Shown here piece after piece: positions 1 through 11,157 of a DNA stretch of 64,000 nucleotides. Source of the DNA: Octopus vulgaris (Eukaryota); NCBI GenBank assembly GCA_951406725.2, contig OX597835.1, positions 50,158,001 to 50,222,000 on the forward strand, read 5' to 3'. The position numbers were made by a program, and so were the translations under genes. Under the pieces are notes generated by a model. The model had not been told where the DNA came from, did no database searches, and was given only the letters and a program-made list of their open reading frames with translations. Numbering within the stretch: position 1 is the stretch's first letter; each line of letters opens with the position of its first letter.

Positions 1-97
1 GACCTCGGGTCAAAAGCTTTCCAACCATAACCATCCCATTTTATTTATAAATATCTAGGGCAACATTATGTACACACACATACACACACAACCAGAT

Positions 98-391
98 AGG
101 AGAAAGCTAATTCGAAGATTACAGATCCAATCCATCACTGGAACTGTAAAAATCTGTAAAACCTTCCAGAAGTTTATCAATTGAATATATTTGAGCATGT
201 CTAGATATGCAACTATACGCATGAAGATACATACATAAAAAAACTAATCTGTATATACATGCATGCATGCATGCATACTTACATATGTACGTACGTATGT
301 AAGTATGTATGTAAGTATGTATGCATGTTTTACAGAATTTTACAGTTCCAGTGATGGATTGGATCTGTAATCTTCGAATTAGCTTTCTCCT
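98..391. mobile_element. Foldback/MITE-like element with 65-bp terminal inverted repeats and a (TACA/TATG)-rich core
   Basis: 98-162 is the reverse complement of 327-391 with 1 mismatch. Confidence 0.75.
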
Positions 392-394
392 TTC

Positions 395-597
395 TACATG
401 CAAAATGTGACACTTGCAGATGATGAATTTTTAAGTATAACTATAGAGAATACAAACGACAGCATCAAAAGGGACTTTAGGCTGACACATACATACATAC
501 ATACATACGTACATACGTATGTATGTGTATTCTGTGTAAATATCTCTATAGTTATACTTAAAAATTCATCATCTGAAAGTGTCACATTTTGCATGTA
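395..597. mobile_element. Second foldback/MITE-like element, 55-bp inverted arms, (CATA)n core
   Basis: 395-449 is the reverse complement of 543-597 with 1 mismatch. Confidence 0.75.
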
Positions 598-965
598 TGC
601 ATATTTTGTATTTCATACCCAAACTAATATATTTAATATATTTGATGTATTTGATTAGTTTATCTGCGTAATTGTCTCTTTCTCTCACTCTCTTTTTTCT
701 TTCTTCTTCTTCTCTCTCTCTCTCTCTCTGTATGTATATATATATATATATAGATAGATAGATAGATACACATAGACACATACATATATATATATATATA
801 TATACACAGACATATATATATATATATATATACATATATATATACATACATATATGCTTTTAAATAAAGCATATTACTCTACCCCTGGTATTTGAGTACT
901 CTTTTTTCCATCTTGTTTCACATTTTTGTGTTTACTCCAGTATATATATATATATATATGTAGAT

Positions 966-1008
<43 letters not shown>

Positions 1009-1654
1009 CACTAAACATACACACTCATACACAAACGCACATGTATAAAGTGTATGTTCCTTAATTAGCTGTGCTGGAGTTTCTCTGTTGGATCAGTGTT
1101 GATAATTCTGATAATATAGAACTCAGTTTGGTGTGAGATGTTACTGCTGCTGTTGTTGTTGTCAGTGGTGGCATCGGTGTCGTTGTTGACGGCGATGATG
1201 ATGTTGACACTGGCAGCAGCAGTAACAATGACAATGATGAGGAGGAGAATAGAAGAAGAAAAAAAGAAAGAGAAAACTTGAGTAAGGAGAGAATATTGTG
1301 ATGGGCTGCAGTTCTGCTGTGGCAAAATTGATAGAAATGTTTAGTATGGAATTTATAGGAAAGATAAATGAAGAGGCGGAGACAGGTGTGTTGTGCAAGC
1401 ATGGGTGGAGAGGGGGTAACAGTTGACTGGTTGAGAGTAACATTAGCCATTGTAGCAAGGAGAAGGCTAACCGCAGTCTGTAAATCAGTTGGCAATTGAT
1501 TCTTTGACAAACATCTAGAGAGCTTTTGGATGTAGTCTTAGATCTTTTTGTGTTTACAGAGATAAACTGTACCGTTAGTGGTGCCTATTTACAGCTAGGT
1601 GACCTCAGCTGATGGAAGTCAAGTCTTGGCTATAGATGCAATGTTTTAATTGAT

Positions 1655-1770
1655 GTGTTGAGTCATGTGTTGAACCAGGAGTTAAACCATGTGTTGAGTT
1701 CTGTGTTGAGCCACAGATTGAACCCTGTATGGAGTCATATGTTGAATTAGGTGTTGAGCTTTGTGTTTGA
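1655..1770. repeat. Degenerate 12-bp minisatellite (GTGTTGAGTCAT-like, ~9-10 units)
   Basis: Units gtgttgagtcat/gtgttgaaccag/gagttaaaccat/gtgttgagttct/gtgttgagccac...; reads as S-T-x-x tetrapeptides on the minus strand. Confidence 0.7.
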
Positions 1771-1994
1771 ATATTTTGTGATTATATTGCATCCGTAAAG
1801 CACAACCTGTAGGAGTGACAGAGGCAGTAATAACACTGAGAGTTAATATTTATCCCCACTTAAATGTGGACATTCTGTTAGAACATGATATTTGTAGAAT
1901 ATACTACAAGAGGGACTTTCATATTGGGTTCTGGTACAAAATGCATGCTTATTTTTATCACTAGTGAGGAGATAAATCCTGCCATCTCCAGCAC

Positions 1995-2053
1995 TGAGAC
2001 CACCAGATCATGTGATTTCGACCTTCCTTGATCTCATCAGCGATGGATGCTCA
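1995..2053 (-). ncRNA. Type I hammerhead ribozyme (probably Penelope-like-element associated)
   Basis: Minus strand: ccatcg-CTGATGA-gatc(aaggaa)ggtc-GAAA-tc(acat)ga-TC-tggtgg; intact core, stems I-III pair, AUC cleavage triplet. Confidence 0.85.
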
Positions 2054-2514
2054 ACCGTTAGAGATAACAGTGACTCATCTCCCTGTCAGTGATATATAGA
2101 AAAACAGTGCCAGAACAGGTGATTGTGTCACAATTAGCCAGTGAGCTTGTTAAAAAAATATATATTAATGATTAATACAACCGATATGTTTTAATTAACT
2201 GTGACAAAAATAAAAAAAATTTGGAGAGATTTAGTCAAAATACCTTTTGCATTAAATTAAATTGGAATGTACAATGAGGTTTTATATAAAATCATAATAT
2301 TTAGGTTTTAATGTTGATACAAATACTTTAAATCTGGTGGATTTTCATCTGATAAAACCAGAGTTAATTTCAGATGGGTTTGTTAGAGAGGGGGGAAGTG
2401 CTAATTAGTGCTAAGTATAATTGCAATGGGTTAGTATAAAAAAAAAGTTAATTAAATACAATGATTAGAATATATTGGTCATTGCTCCACGTTTCTCTCT
2501 TATTTCCTTATTAG

Positions 2515-2625
2515 GTGAAGGGTCAGCATTATGATCTGGTGTTAAATGGACATGAGATTGGAGGAGGTTCAATTCGTATTCACACAGCTAAAGAACAACT
2601 TTATATATTGGAGCAGATACTTAAG
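2515..2625 (+). CDS. DARS2: Mitochondrial aspartyl-tRNA synthetase, internal exon ([23 protein letters not shown]...ILK)
   Basis: ttag acceptor, gtaaa donor, 111 nt; [18 protein letters not shown] is the bacterial/mitochondrial AspRS signature; upstream exons lie outside the window. Confidence 0.95.
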
Positions 2626-3170
2626 GTAAATATTCCATTTTTAAAGGATAGTAAGGTATGGTTTGAAGGAAATATGACTGCTGTTTCTAGTATGTTGATT
2701 AACAACATAGAGGTGTGTGTTGTTGTTGTTGTTGGTGTTGGTGGTGGTGGTGGTGGACTTGTTGGTTCAAGGAGAAGTGGATTTATATAGCAGTAGGAAA
2801 GTTGTATAGCTTATATAGCAGAAAGCTGTTTCTAAAGATTGTTCTGTTGCTTTGCCTTTATGAATTCAAGTTCTTTCAAAATTGAGGATGATTTTCACCC
2901 CACTTTTAAAATAATACCAGTAATATTCTGTTTTTTTTCAAGTAAAAGCAATGAACTTTGAACTGCAACAAGTGGTCTGACATAATGTTACCACTGTGCC
3001 ATCTAAGAGGCACAAAAAAAAAACAAACATAAAGTAAAGTGAATCCTATTCAACAATGTCTGTAATGTGGCTTTGAGACTGTCACAGACATTTCCTTTCA
3101 TTGCGATAACTAAATGCTCATCTGAAAGATGTCTGCTCATCATGTTTCACATGATTCCTGCTGTTCTCAA

Positions 3171-3390
3171 GGCAGCGAGCTGGCAGTTTCGTTAGCACAC
3201 CGGGTGAAATGCTTAGCAGTATTTTGTCTGTCTTTACATCTTGAGTTCAAATTCTGCCGAGGTCAACTTTGCCTTTCATCCTTTCAGGGTCGATAAATTA
3301 AGTACAAGTTGCATACTGAGGTTGATCTAATTGACTGGCCCCGCCTCCCCAAAAATTTCAGGCTTTGTACCTAGAGTAGAAAAGAATAAT
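3171..3390 (+). mobile_element. SINE family A (ggcggcgagctggcagaa...gagttcaaattc...gtagaaagaat); representative copy
   Basis: tRNA-like head with B-box-like gagttcaaattc; other copies at ~4331-4504(-), 6222-6428, 6451-6665, 16020-16185, 17352-17565, 49935-50125(-), 50160-50375(-), 53117-53250, 55806-56027(-). Confidence 0.85.
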
Positions 3391-4094
3391 TCCAGCTGTT
3401 TTCTCCCTTATTAAATATGTGGTTGTGGGTGGCACTGAATGACAAACTCTGGTGATGATTTCCGATCCATGGTGTTGGCCTTAGCATGCTTGGAGTTGAG
3501 GTGCTGTGACTTCACGTCTCCCACTCTTTGTTTTGCTCATGTCTTCTCTACAGTGGTGACACTTGGACCATCCTCAAACAGGAACTGAACAAGCTTGAGC
3601 TGTTACAATTGTGATGTCTTTGTCATATCCTTAGTGTCTCTGTGACCGAATCTCAAACAACATCTGAGAACAATGTCATCCGCAGCAGCCAACAATTGAA
3701 GTCCAGCAGTGCAGGCTCCAGTGGCTTGGCCACATCTGCAGGATGAGTGCCAGAAGACCAACTTTTGTGGTGGCAGTGACCCACAAACTGGAGAATCCAG
3801 AGCAGCACACCAAAAAAGACATGGAGGTTATAAGAAATAGACATTTTGCTGCTTAAAGTAGTTAGTGTGACGTCATAGATGTAACTCGTGTGTGACATGA
3901 TTGTGACTCAGCTTCAAGTTTATTCTACACACATTGCAAATGCAAATATTCTTGAGAGAAAACATCAAGACTACAAACTCCAAGATATATTAGGTTGGTC
4001 TTTATACTTGGATTCTAGAACTGTTTAGAAGAAACTGTGTTTCTTTTGTGAATTGTATAATTAATTATCTTTTTTGTTTTTTTTCTTTTAATAG

Positions 4095-4170
4095 GAAGAC
4101 AGCAGTCAACTGCAACACCTTTTACATGCTTTGGACAGTGGCTGCCCACCTCACGGAGGAATTGCTCTGG
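4095..4170 (+). CDS. DARS2: DARS2 penultimate exon (EDSSQLQHLLHALDSGCPPHGGIALG)
   Basis: atag acceptor, gtaagt donor, 76 nt; class II motif 3 lead-in PPHGGIALG; frame-compatible with flanking exons. Confidence 0.95.
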
Positions 4171-4526
4171 GTAAGTAGAGGCAGAATCATTAATGAGGTT
4201 CAACGCTATTTTTAGTTGGTACCAAGTTAAAGTTGGTACCAAAATATGGGGAAACAACATCAGTGGAGGATGAAGATAATGAAAGTTAGATATTTGTTAG
4301 TTTATAAACCAAACAGAAAGTAATATTGGTTGGGAAGGGGGTGAGTCAATTACACTGACCCCAGTACACAACTGGTACTTATTTTATCGACCCTGAAAAG
4401 ATGAAAGATGAAGTCAACTATGGCAGAATTTGAACTCGGAGAGTTAAGACAAATGAAGTGTTGCGTAGTGCCTGGCATGGTAACGATTCTGCTTGCTTGC
4501 TGCCTTAAAAATGGAAAGTAATGTTA

Positions 4527-4932
4527 TAATAATAATGATAATAATAATAATAAGGAAATTATTGTATACAGTGCTCAGGTGCATCACAACTTGTCAAAAG
4601 TGCGTATAGAGAATATGCAGTAATGTGCAAATGTCTGGGAAGCGAACAGTCTATGAGTCAGATACAAGCTTGCGTGTGTATGGAGGAGAGAAAATCAGGT
4701 GCAGTGTTGGCGAATCTCAGGAAGCATGGAAGTTTTGAAGGATGCAGTGCTCTGACAACTAACAACTGATGCCGGCAGTTTGTTCCATGCTTCAGCAACT
4801 TTTAGTGTGAAAAAATGTTTCCGAAAGTCATGGAAGGAACTGTGCTGTTTTCTGACTTTGTAAACATGTCCACAGGTGTTAGACAGATGGAGTTTGAAAA
4901 GGTGCTCAGAGTTATTGTTTGTAAGTTGGTTA
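4527..4932 (-). mobile_element. CR1-clade LINE 3' fragment with (TTA)n tail
   Basis: Translation ...TCGHVYKV...RKHFFTLKVAEAWNKLPASVVSCQSTASFK matches the typical CR1 ORF2 C-terminus. Confidence 0.8.
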
Positions 4933-5207
4933 TATGTCTGCTTCAACAGAGACTAATGGAGTAAGTACTATAAATCAATGAAACCCTTTGTAGTTTCATT
5001 GCTGCTTTTGTTTAAGGTTCTGTTATTATTTAGATGTAGGCACAGTCAACTATATGAAGGTTATGTGGTGTCTCAAGAATACAGCAGCTATCTGTGTTGT
5101 GACTGCGATCTTCACTGTCTGTCGCACTCTTAATGAATCTAAAATTAGACTAGAATTTCTGTAATATTTGGAAAAGTGGGTGTTTAATGAAAAAAAATCT
5201 GAAGAAT

Positions 5208-5588
5208 CAGGTGTGACTGTGTGGTAAGAAGTTTTCTTCTCAACCACATGGTTCCAGGTTCAGTCCAACTGCATGGCACCTTAAGCAGGTGTCTTCTACT
5301 ATAGCTTCAGGCTGACCAAAACCTTATGAGTGGATGTGGTAGACAGGAACTGCAAAAAAGCCAATTGTAAATGCGGGTGTGCATCATTATGTCTGTGTTT
5401 GTTCCACCACCACTGCTTGACAACCGGTGTTAGTGTGTTTATGTCCCCATAACTTAGTGGTTCAGCAAAAATAGAACCAACAGAATAAGTACCAGGCTTA
5501 ACAAAAAATAAGTACTGGGGTTGATTCATTTGACTAAAAATTCTTCAACATGATGCCCTAGCATGGCCACAGTCTAATGATAAAAGAA
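5208..5588 (+). mobile_element. SINE family B (ggtgcaggcgtggctgtgtggtaag...ggcaccttgggcaagtgtc...), CORE-type; representative copy
   Basis: tRNA-like head plus CORE-like box, internal (TG/TA)n; other copies at ~7610-7850, 27912-28077, 32538-32920(-), 37190-37507(-), 42825-43170(-), 48868-49225, 57955-58382, 62332-62725. Confidence 0.85.
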
Positions 5589-6162
5589 TCGTCATCATCA
5601 TCATCCATCCATCCATCCACCCACCCACTTTCCATGCTGACATGGGTAGAATGGTTTGACAGAATTCTGTGTGTTGCAAGATACATCTGCCACTATTTTT
5701 GGCATGGTTTCCCGGGCTAGATGCCTTTCCCTGCAGCATTCTCTCTACAGAGTGTACTGGGTGCATATTTCTTGGCCCTGGCACCTATTAGAGCTTGCCT
5801 TGCCATCAGCGAGACTGAAAAGCCCTGTTAATCCCTGCATTGCTGCTGTTCAGGTCACCCTGACCTGCACTGTTGAGGGTCACCTTGTAGCTTGAAAAAT
5901 GAAAAGAGGGATTATGAGATCCCTTTGGTCTTGTCTTACGAAGGACTTTTCAACCTTACTAGTGTTGGTGCCACAAGAAAATACATTCAGTACATTCTGT
6001 AATGTGGCTGGTACTAGGAAGGGCACCAAACTATGGAAACTAAGCCAAATGACATATACAGGCACCTAGTCTTCTTAGGAAGCTGAAGTTTCCAATGAGA
6101 GCTGACTTGCACTCAGATGAACCATTCACCTCATACCAGTATGGGAAAGTGGTACGAAGATG

Positions 6163-6218
<56 letters not shown>

Positions 6219-6898
6219 GCTAGGTGGTAAACTGGCAGAATCGTTGGGCAAAATGCTTAGTGCCATTTTGTCTGTCTTTACGTTCTGAGTTCAAATTCTG
6301 CCAGAGTCAACTTTGCCTTTTATTCTTTCAGGGTTAATAAAATAAATAGCAGTTGAAAACTAGGGTTGATGTAATTGACTGGTCTCCTCCACCAAAATTC
6401 CAGGTCTTGTGCTTTTAGTAGAAAGAATTGTTGTTGCTATTATTATGCAAGGCGGCAAGCTAGCAGAATCTTTAGCATGCTGGGTGAAATGCTTAGGGGT
6501 ATTTCATCTGTCGCTATGTTCTGAGTTCAAGTTCCATCAAGGTTGACTTTACTTTTCATCCTTTCGGGGTCAATAAATTAAGTAACGGTGAAACACTGAG
6601 TTTGATGTAATCAACTAGTCCCCTCCCAGCAAATTTCAGGCCTTGTGCCGAGAGTAGAAAGGATTATTATTATACATCACTGACCTGAGTTTTTAACAAC
6701 AAAAACTCAATTGCAGTCATATTTATCACAGAATAAAGAGATCACATATTGTGAGAAAATATAAATTTTCACACAGCTTATTCCATTCATTAAATGCCTT
6801 TTATATTAAAAACCAAGATAATACTTTAGCCATCTGATTATTAAATTTATTCTAATTAATTTCTTAAATGAATTATCATTTTTTTTTTTCTCTTCTAG

Positions 6899-7062
6899 GT
6901 CTTGATCGTCTCTTAGCCATTTTGTGTGGTGAGCCAAGCATTCGTGATGTCATCGCATTCCCCAAGTCACATGATGGTAAAGATCCTATGAGTAAAGCTC
7001 CTGCAACAGTTTCTGCTGAAGATCAGAATTACTACCACATATCCTCCAAATTTGCAGATTAG
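6899..7062 (+). CDS. DARS2: DARS2 last coding exon (LDRLLAILCGEPSIRDVIAFPK...FAD*)
   Basis: Polypyrimidine + ctag acceptor, phase 1; GLDR and IRDVIAFPK motifs; TAG stop at 7060-7062. Confidence 0.95.
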
Positions 7063-7523
7063 CATCAGAGAAATTCTCTCCAAAATACACTGTCACTGAT
7101 CAAAGCATGTTGACTTAAAGCAACTAATGCCACATGAATATATCCAAATGGAGGGAGTAGAACAGCTAAAATTCAGCCTACATATGTTTCCTAGCTAGAC
7201 TGGATTTTATCTGCTCCAATCCCTCAGTTTGGGTTTTTATTCACAATCGCAGCAACTTAGGTTGCCAACCATGAACTATAAAAAAATTTTTATGCTTTTT
7301 GAACTTTGATATGGGAAAAGCCTACAACCTTCAAAATCAGTAAATTATTTATAACGCTGTTTTTTATACCACAGACTACTATGAGGACATTGACTAAATC
7401 AGAAAGAAGTGCTTAGAAACCAATGGTCAGTTTCTGACCAGCCATAACAAATAACATTCTAAATATATTACTTATCTAATGTTTTAGAGTCTGCTTCCTT
7501 TTTGGATATATGAACCACTTATG

Positions 7524-7561
<38 letters not shown>

Positions 7562-8914
7562 GTGGTTCCTAGTCATGCCTTCACCCACCCTGAGGCACAC
7601 ACATGGCTGGGCACAGGCATGGCTATGTGGGTTAAGATGTATGCTTTGGAACTACATGATTAGGGCTTTGGTCCCACTGCAACATGCTTTTGGCCAGTGT
7701 CCTCCACTATCAATATTTTGTGAGTGATATTGGTAGCTGGAAACGGAAAGAAACCCATCTTGTGTGTGTGTATGTGTTTGTCCCCTACCAACACTTGACA
7801 ATCTCACAATGGTTGCAGTCTAGTGGCTGAAACAAGTAAAAAATTAAAAGATAAAGATTATATATACATATATATTAAAATAAAAAGTGCAGACACAGAT
7901 TGCTAGAATACTCCTATGTATCAAAACTGGAAAAGTACAGGACAAGAAGAAGAAAAGAAACAGAAAATGATTTAGCGTAATACAAAGACATTTTTGAATA
8001 AAAATATTTACATAAATTCAAATAATCTGCCATAAAAAGCTAAAAACAGAAAAAACGAAAAGTGCACATGTCTTTGATGAACAATTTCATAAATCCATTT
8101 AGCAGTTTTTTTTCTTCTTGTTTCCAGGTTCTATATTCTTGGATTTTGTGCCTGCATTTTTTTTATTTTAGTTTGCTTTTTTTCCATGCAACACTTCTAT
8201 TGTTATGATAATTATATTTACCTTTATAATTGGAAAAATGATAATATTATAAATATTTTTTAAATAAAGATTTTGTTCAAACTTGGAAATTTGTTTTCAC
8301 CTCAAAATAACAAAGGATTAAAAACAGTTTATCTGTTACAAATAAATATATTTTTAAATAAACTTCTTGCTACACAGACCTGCCAGCACTGTGTGTGTGC
8401 TGGTTGTAAAACAAAAGTCTCACCATTCATACAAAGTGTTGTTTGTCTGTCCTCTGTTAGAGTACGTCAAGGTTATTGTTTGATAGATTTGTGAAACTTT
8501 TAGCTTGCTTGGAAACAGACGAGGCACCAGGAAGGACATCTGGCTGTGAAGCAAATATTTATTTGTTACCCAATTAGCATGGAAAAGCAGACTATGTTAG
8601 CAGGGTATAACAAACCAGCAGACATATGTGTATATATGTGGATGTATAGAATAAAATGCAGAGAAGAATAAATGCCACAAATGACTTTAACACAAATTCT
8701 GAATAATATGTAAATCTTGTGCTTTTCTGCATTTTATTCTAAATATGTTGCTGCCCTCCACTACAAGTTTATTTCACCAATATTTATTACATTGGTATAA
8801 TGTATTACAGTTTAATGTATACAGTTTAATGTATACAGTTTAATGGTGTTATGGAGTTCTTAAAATCCCATGGATATTATTTTAAGATGTTTATACATCA
8901 ATTCACTAAATATG

Positions 8915-9245
8915 TCATCATCATTGAACGTCCATTTTTCATGCTGGCATGGTTTGGACGGTTTGACTGGAGACTGGCAAACTAGGAGGCTGCTCCAGGC
9001 TCTAATTTGATCTGGCAATGTTTCTACAGCTGGATGCCCTTCCTAACACCAACCACTCCGAGAGTGTAGTGGGTGCGTTTTATGTGCCTCCGGCACAGGA
9101 GCCAGTCAGACAGCACTGGCATCGGCCACATTCGGATGGTGCATTTTACGTACCATCGGCATGGGGTGCCAGTCGGGTGGCTCTGGCAGCAACCCATACA
9201 TGAATGAATGGTGCTCATTGCATGCCACCAGCACTGGTAATGGCC
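8915..9245 (-). mobile_element. Family C: short copies of the RTE LINE 3' UTR ending in (GAT)n; representative copy
   Basis: Matches the tail of the RTE at 26780-26968; other copies at ~28695-28995, 29117-29620, 31512-32050, 36615-36760, 40105-40330, 59781-60475. Confidence 0.8.
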
Positions 9246-9700
9246 ACAATCATCAACATTGTTTAATGTCCACTTCCCATGCTGGCATGGGTTGGACGGT
9301 TTGTCAGGACCCTCCACCAGACTTCTGTGTCTGTTTTGGCAGATTTTTTACAACTGGATGCCCTTCCTAACACCACCCACCCAGTAGAGTGGACTGAGTG
9401 CTTATTACATAGCACAAGCACAGGCGAGATCAGTTTTGGCAGGCTTTTTGCAGCTTGATGCCCCTTCCAAATGCCAACCACTTTACAATGTGGACTGGAT
9501 GCTTTTTAAGTAGCACCTGCACAGAGAGGGTCACCAAGTAATTTTGCAAGACAAGGATCCTTTGAGAGGGGAGGGGGGGCATTGGGGGTTCATTCAAAGC
9601 TGATGGTTCAGTCCATTTGCTGTTTCATCAGCTTCAAATGAATACAGGTACCTTTTGCCCATTTGTACACCCAAGTACATATCGCACACACACACTAACG

Positions 9701-9742
<42 letters not shown>

Positions 9743-11157
9743 TACAAGAGAGCAAGAGAATTGTTGTTGTCCTTCATTGATTGTGTGTGTGTGTCAAGTG
9801 AAGGTATCAAATTTCTGATCCTGTACTCATGGTGTCCTTCTTCACTGTAGGTGTTGTGAGAACCAAGTAGATAACACTGTCAGCCCATACTCATGAATCA
9901 CTGCTTATGTTTTGTGTTGTCAATCCAATTACTTCGACTTTTCAGCAGAAATAGGATTCGTACTCCATTGTTGAATTGGTAGACAGAGGGAAGGGACACA
10001 ACTCTAAAAGCAATTCTTACATCGATTTGTGATTTGTAAACAGTGACTCACCATATGCTTGCTTGTAAAGATGGATGCAAAAAAAAAATTTAATTAAATG
10101 AAGAACTATCAAGAGAATATAATTTAGATTTGAATTTATAAAGAATTACAGCAATAAATTCTGTGTGCTTTTAGACACAAAGCACCTAAATGAGAGGATC
10201 TCTCAAAGCTAATAATACAGCATTTGGTGTTCTAACAAGGCAATCCATGTTAAGTTGGATATACAGATTACCGTTCGGTATTACTATTACTTCTGTCATT
10301 AAATTTAGAAATGAATTGTTTGTTGATAACTTTATTGTTTATTTTGTTAAAATGTCTATCATTGTGCATGTAGTTGTGGCTCTCATTGTTTTCTTTCTTT
10401 ACTTGACTTAATGTCTGTTTTCTGCTCTCTCTTTTTACCCTTTTCCAGCCAGTTGTAGTGCGTCTGTGTATCGTATAGAATAAGGCTCTTCGTCATCATC
10501 TTTACTATAGTTAGTCAGTTAGTTTGGTCAACCTCCCGGACACTTTAATAATTCCACACGACCATGCCATCAATCACACTCTCTCATGCATGTTCTTAAT
10601 TCTTCAACATTTGCCTTTCCACTGTCTTGAAACGAGTTGTCCACATAGGTTAGACATTGATTCTTCCCTCAACTCACTGACCAGTTGACACACAGGCTTT
10701 TCTGGGCACCTGATGCAATGACCAGCAACTCTCATTCTTCTCTGCTGCTGAATCTTATTGGCGTTACTTCTGACTCTCTATACATTCTCACCTCAAATAT
10801 TCCTAAGGGTCACCTTTATCTTTTGTACGTCCATAAAATAAAGTACCTTTCAAATACTGGGTGTCAATGTAAAAGATTTACCCTACCCCACTACACTGTT
10901 CATCTTGTGCCTAAATTTGAAACGATTATTATTTTAATTGCCTGATATTGTTTGGATTTGGTGGACCAGGTCAGCCCTGGTCCACCAAATCCATAATCAA
11001 AAATGTTCCAGCTGTAACTATTTCATCTTCATTCAGGCATAGTGTATTTACAACTTTGTTATCCAATATGTCCTTCCTATGCTTTTTAAGATGGAAGGGT
11101 GTAATTTGAGAGCGATTTAGCTGTCATTTCTAGCAGATTGAGTGATCACATCAAAGC

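Noticed and set aside
569-872. YIYI/VCVC/THTH-rich ORFs here and throughout the window
   Set aside because: Translations of (TA)n and (CA)n microsatellites
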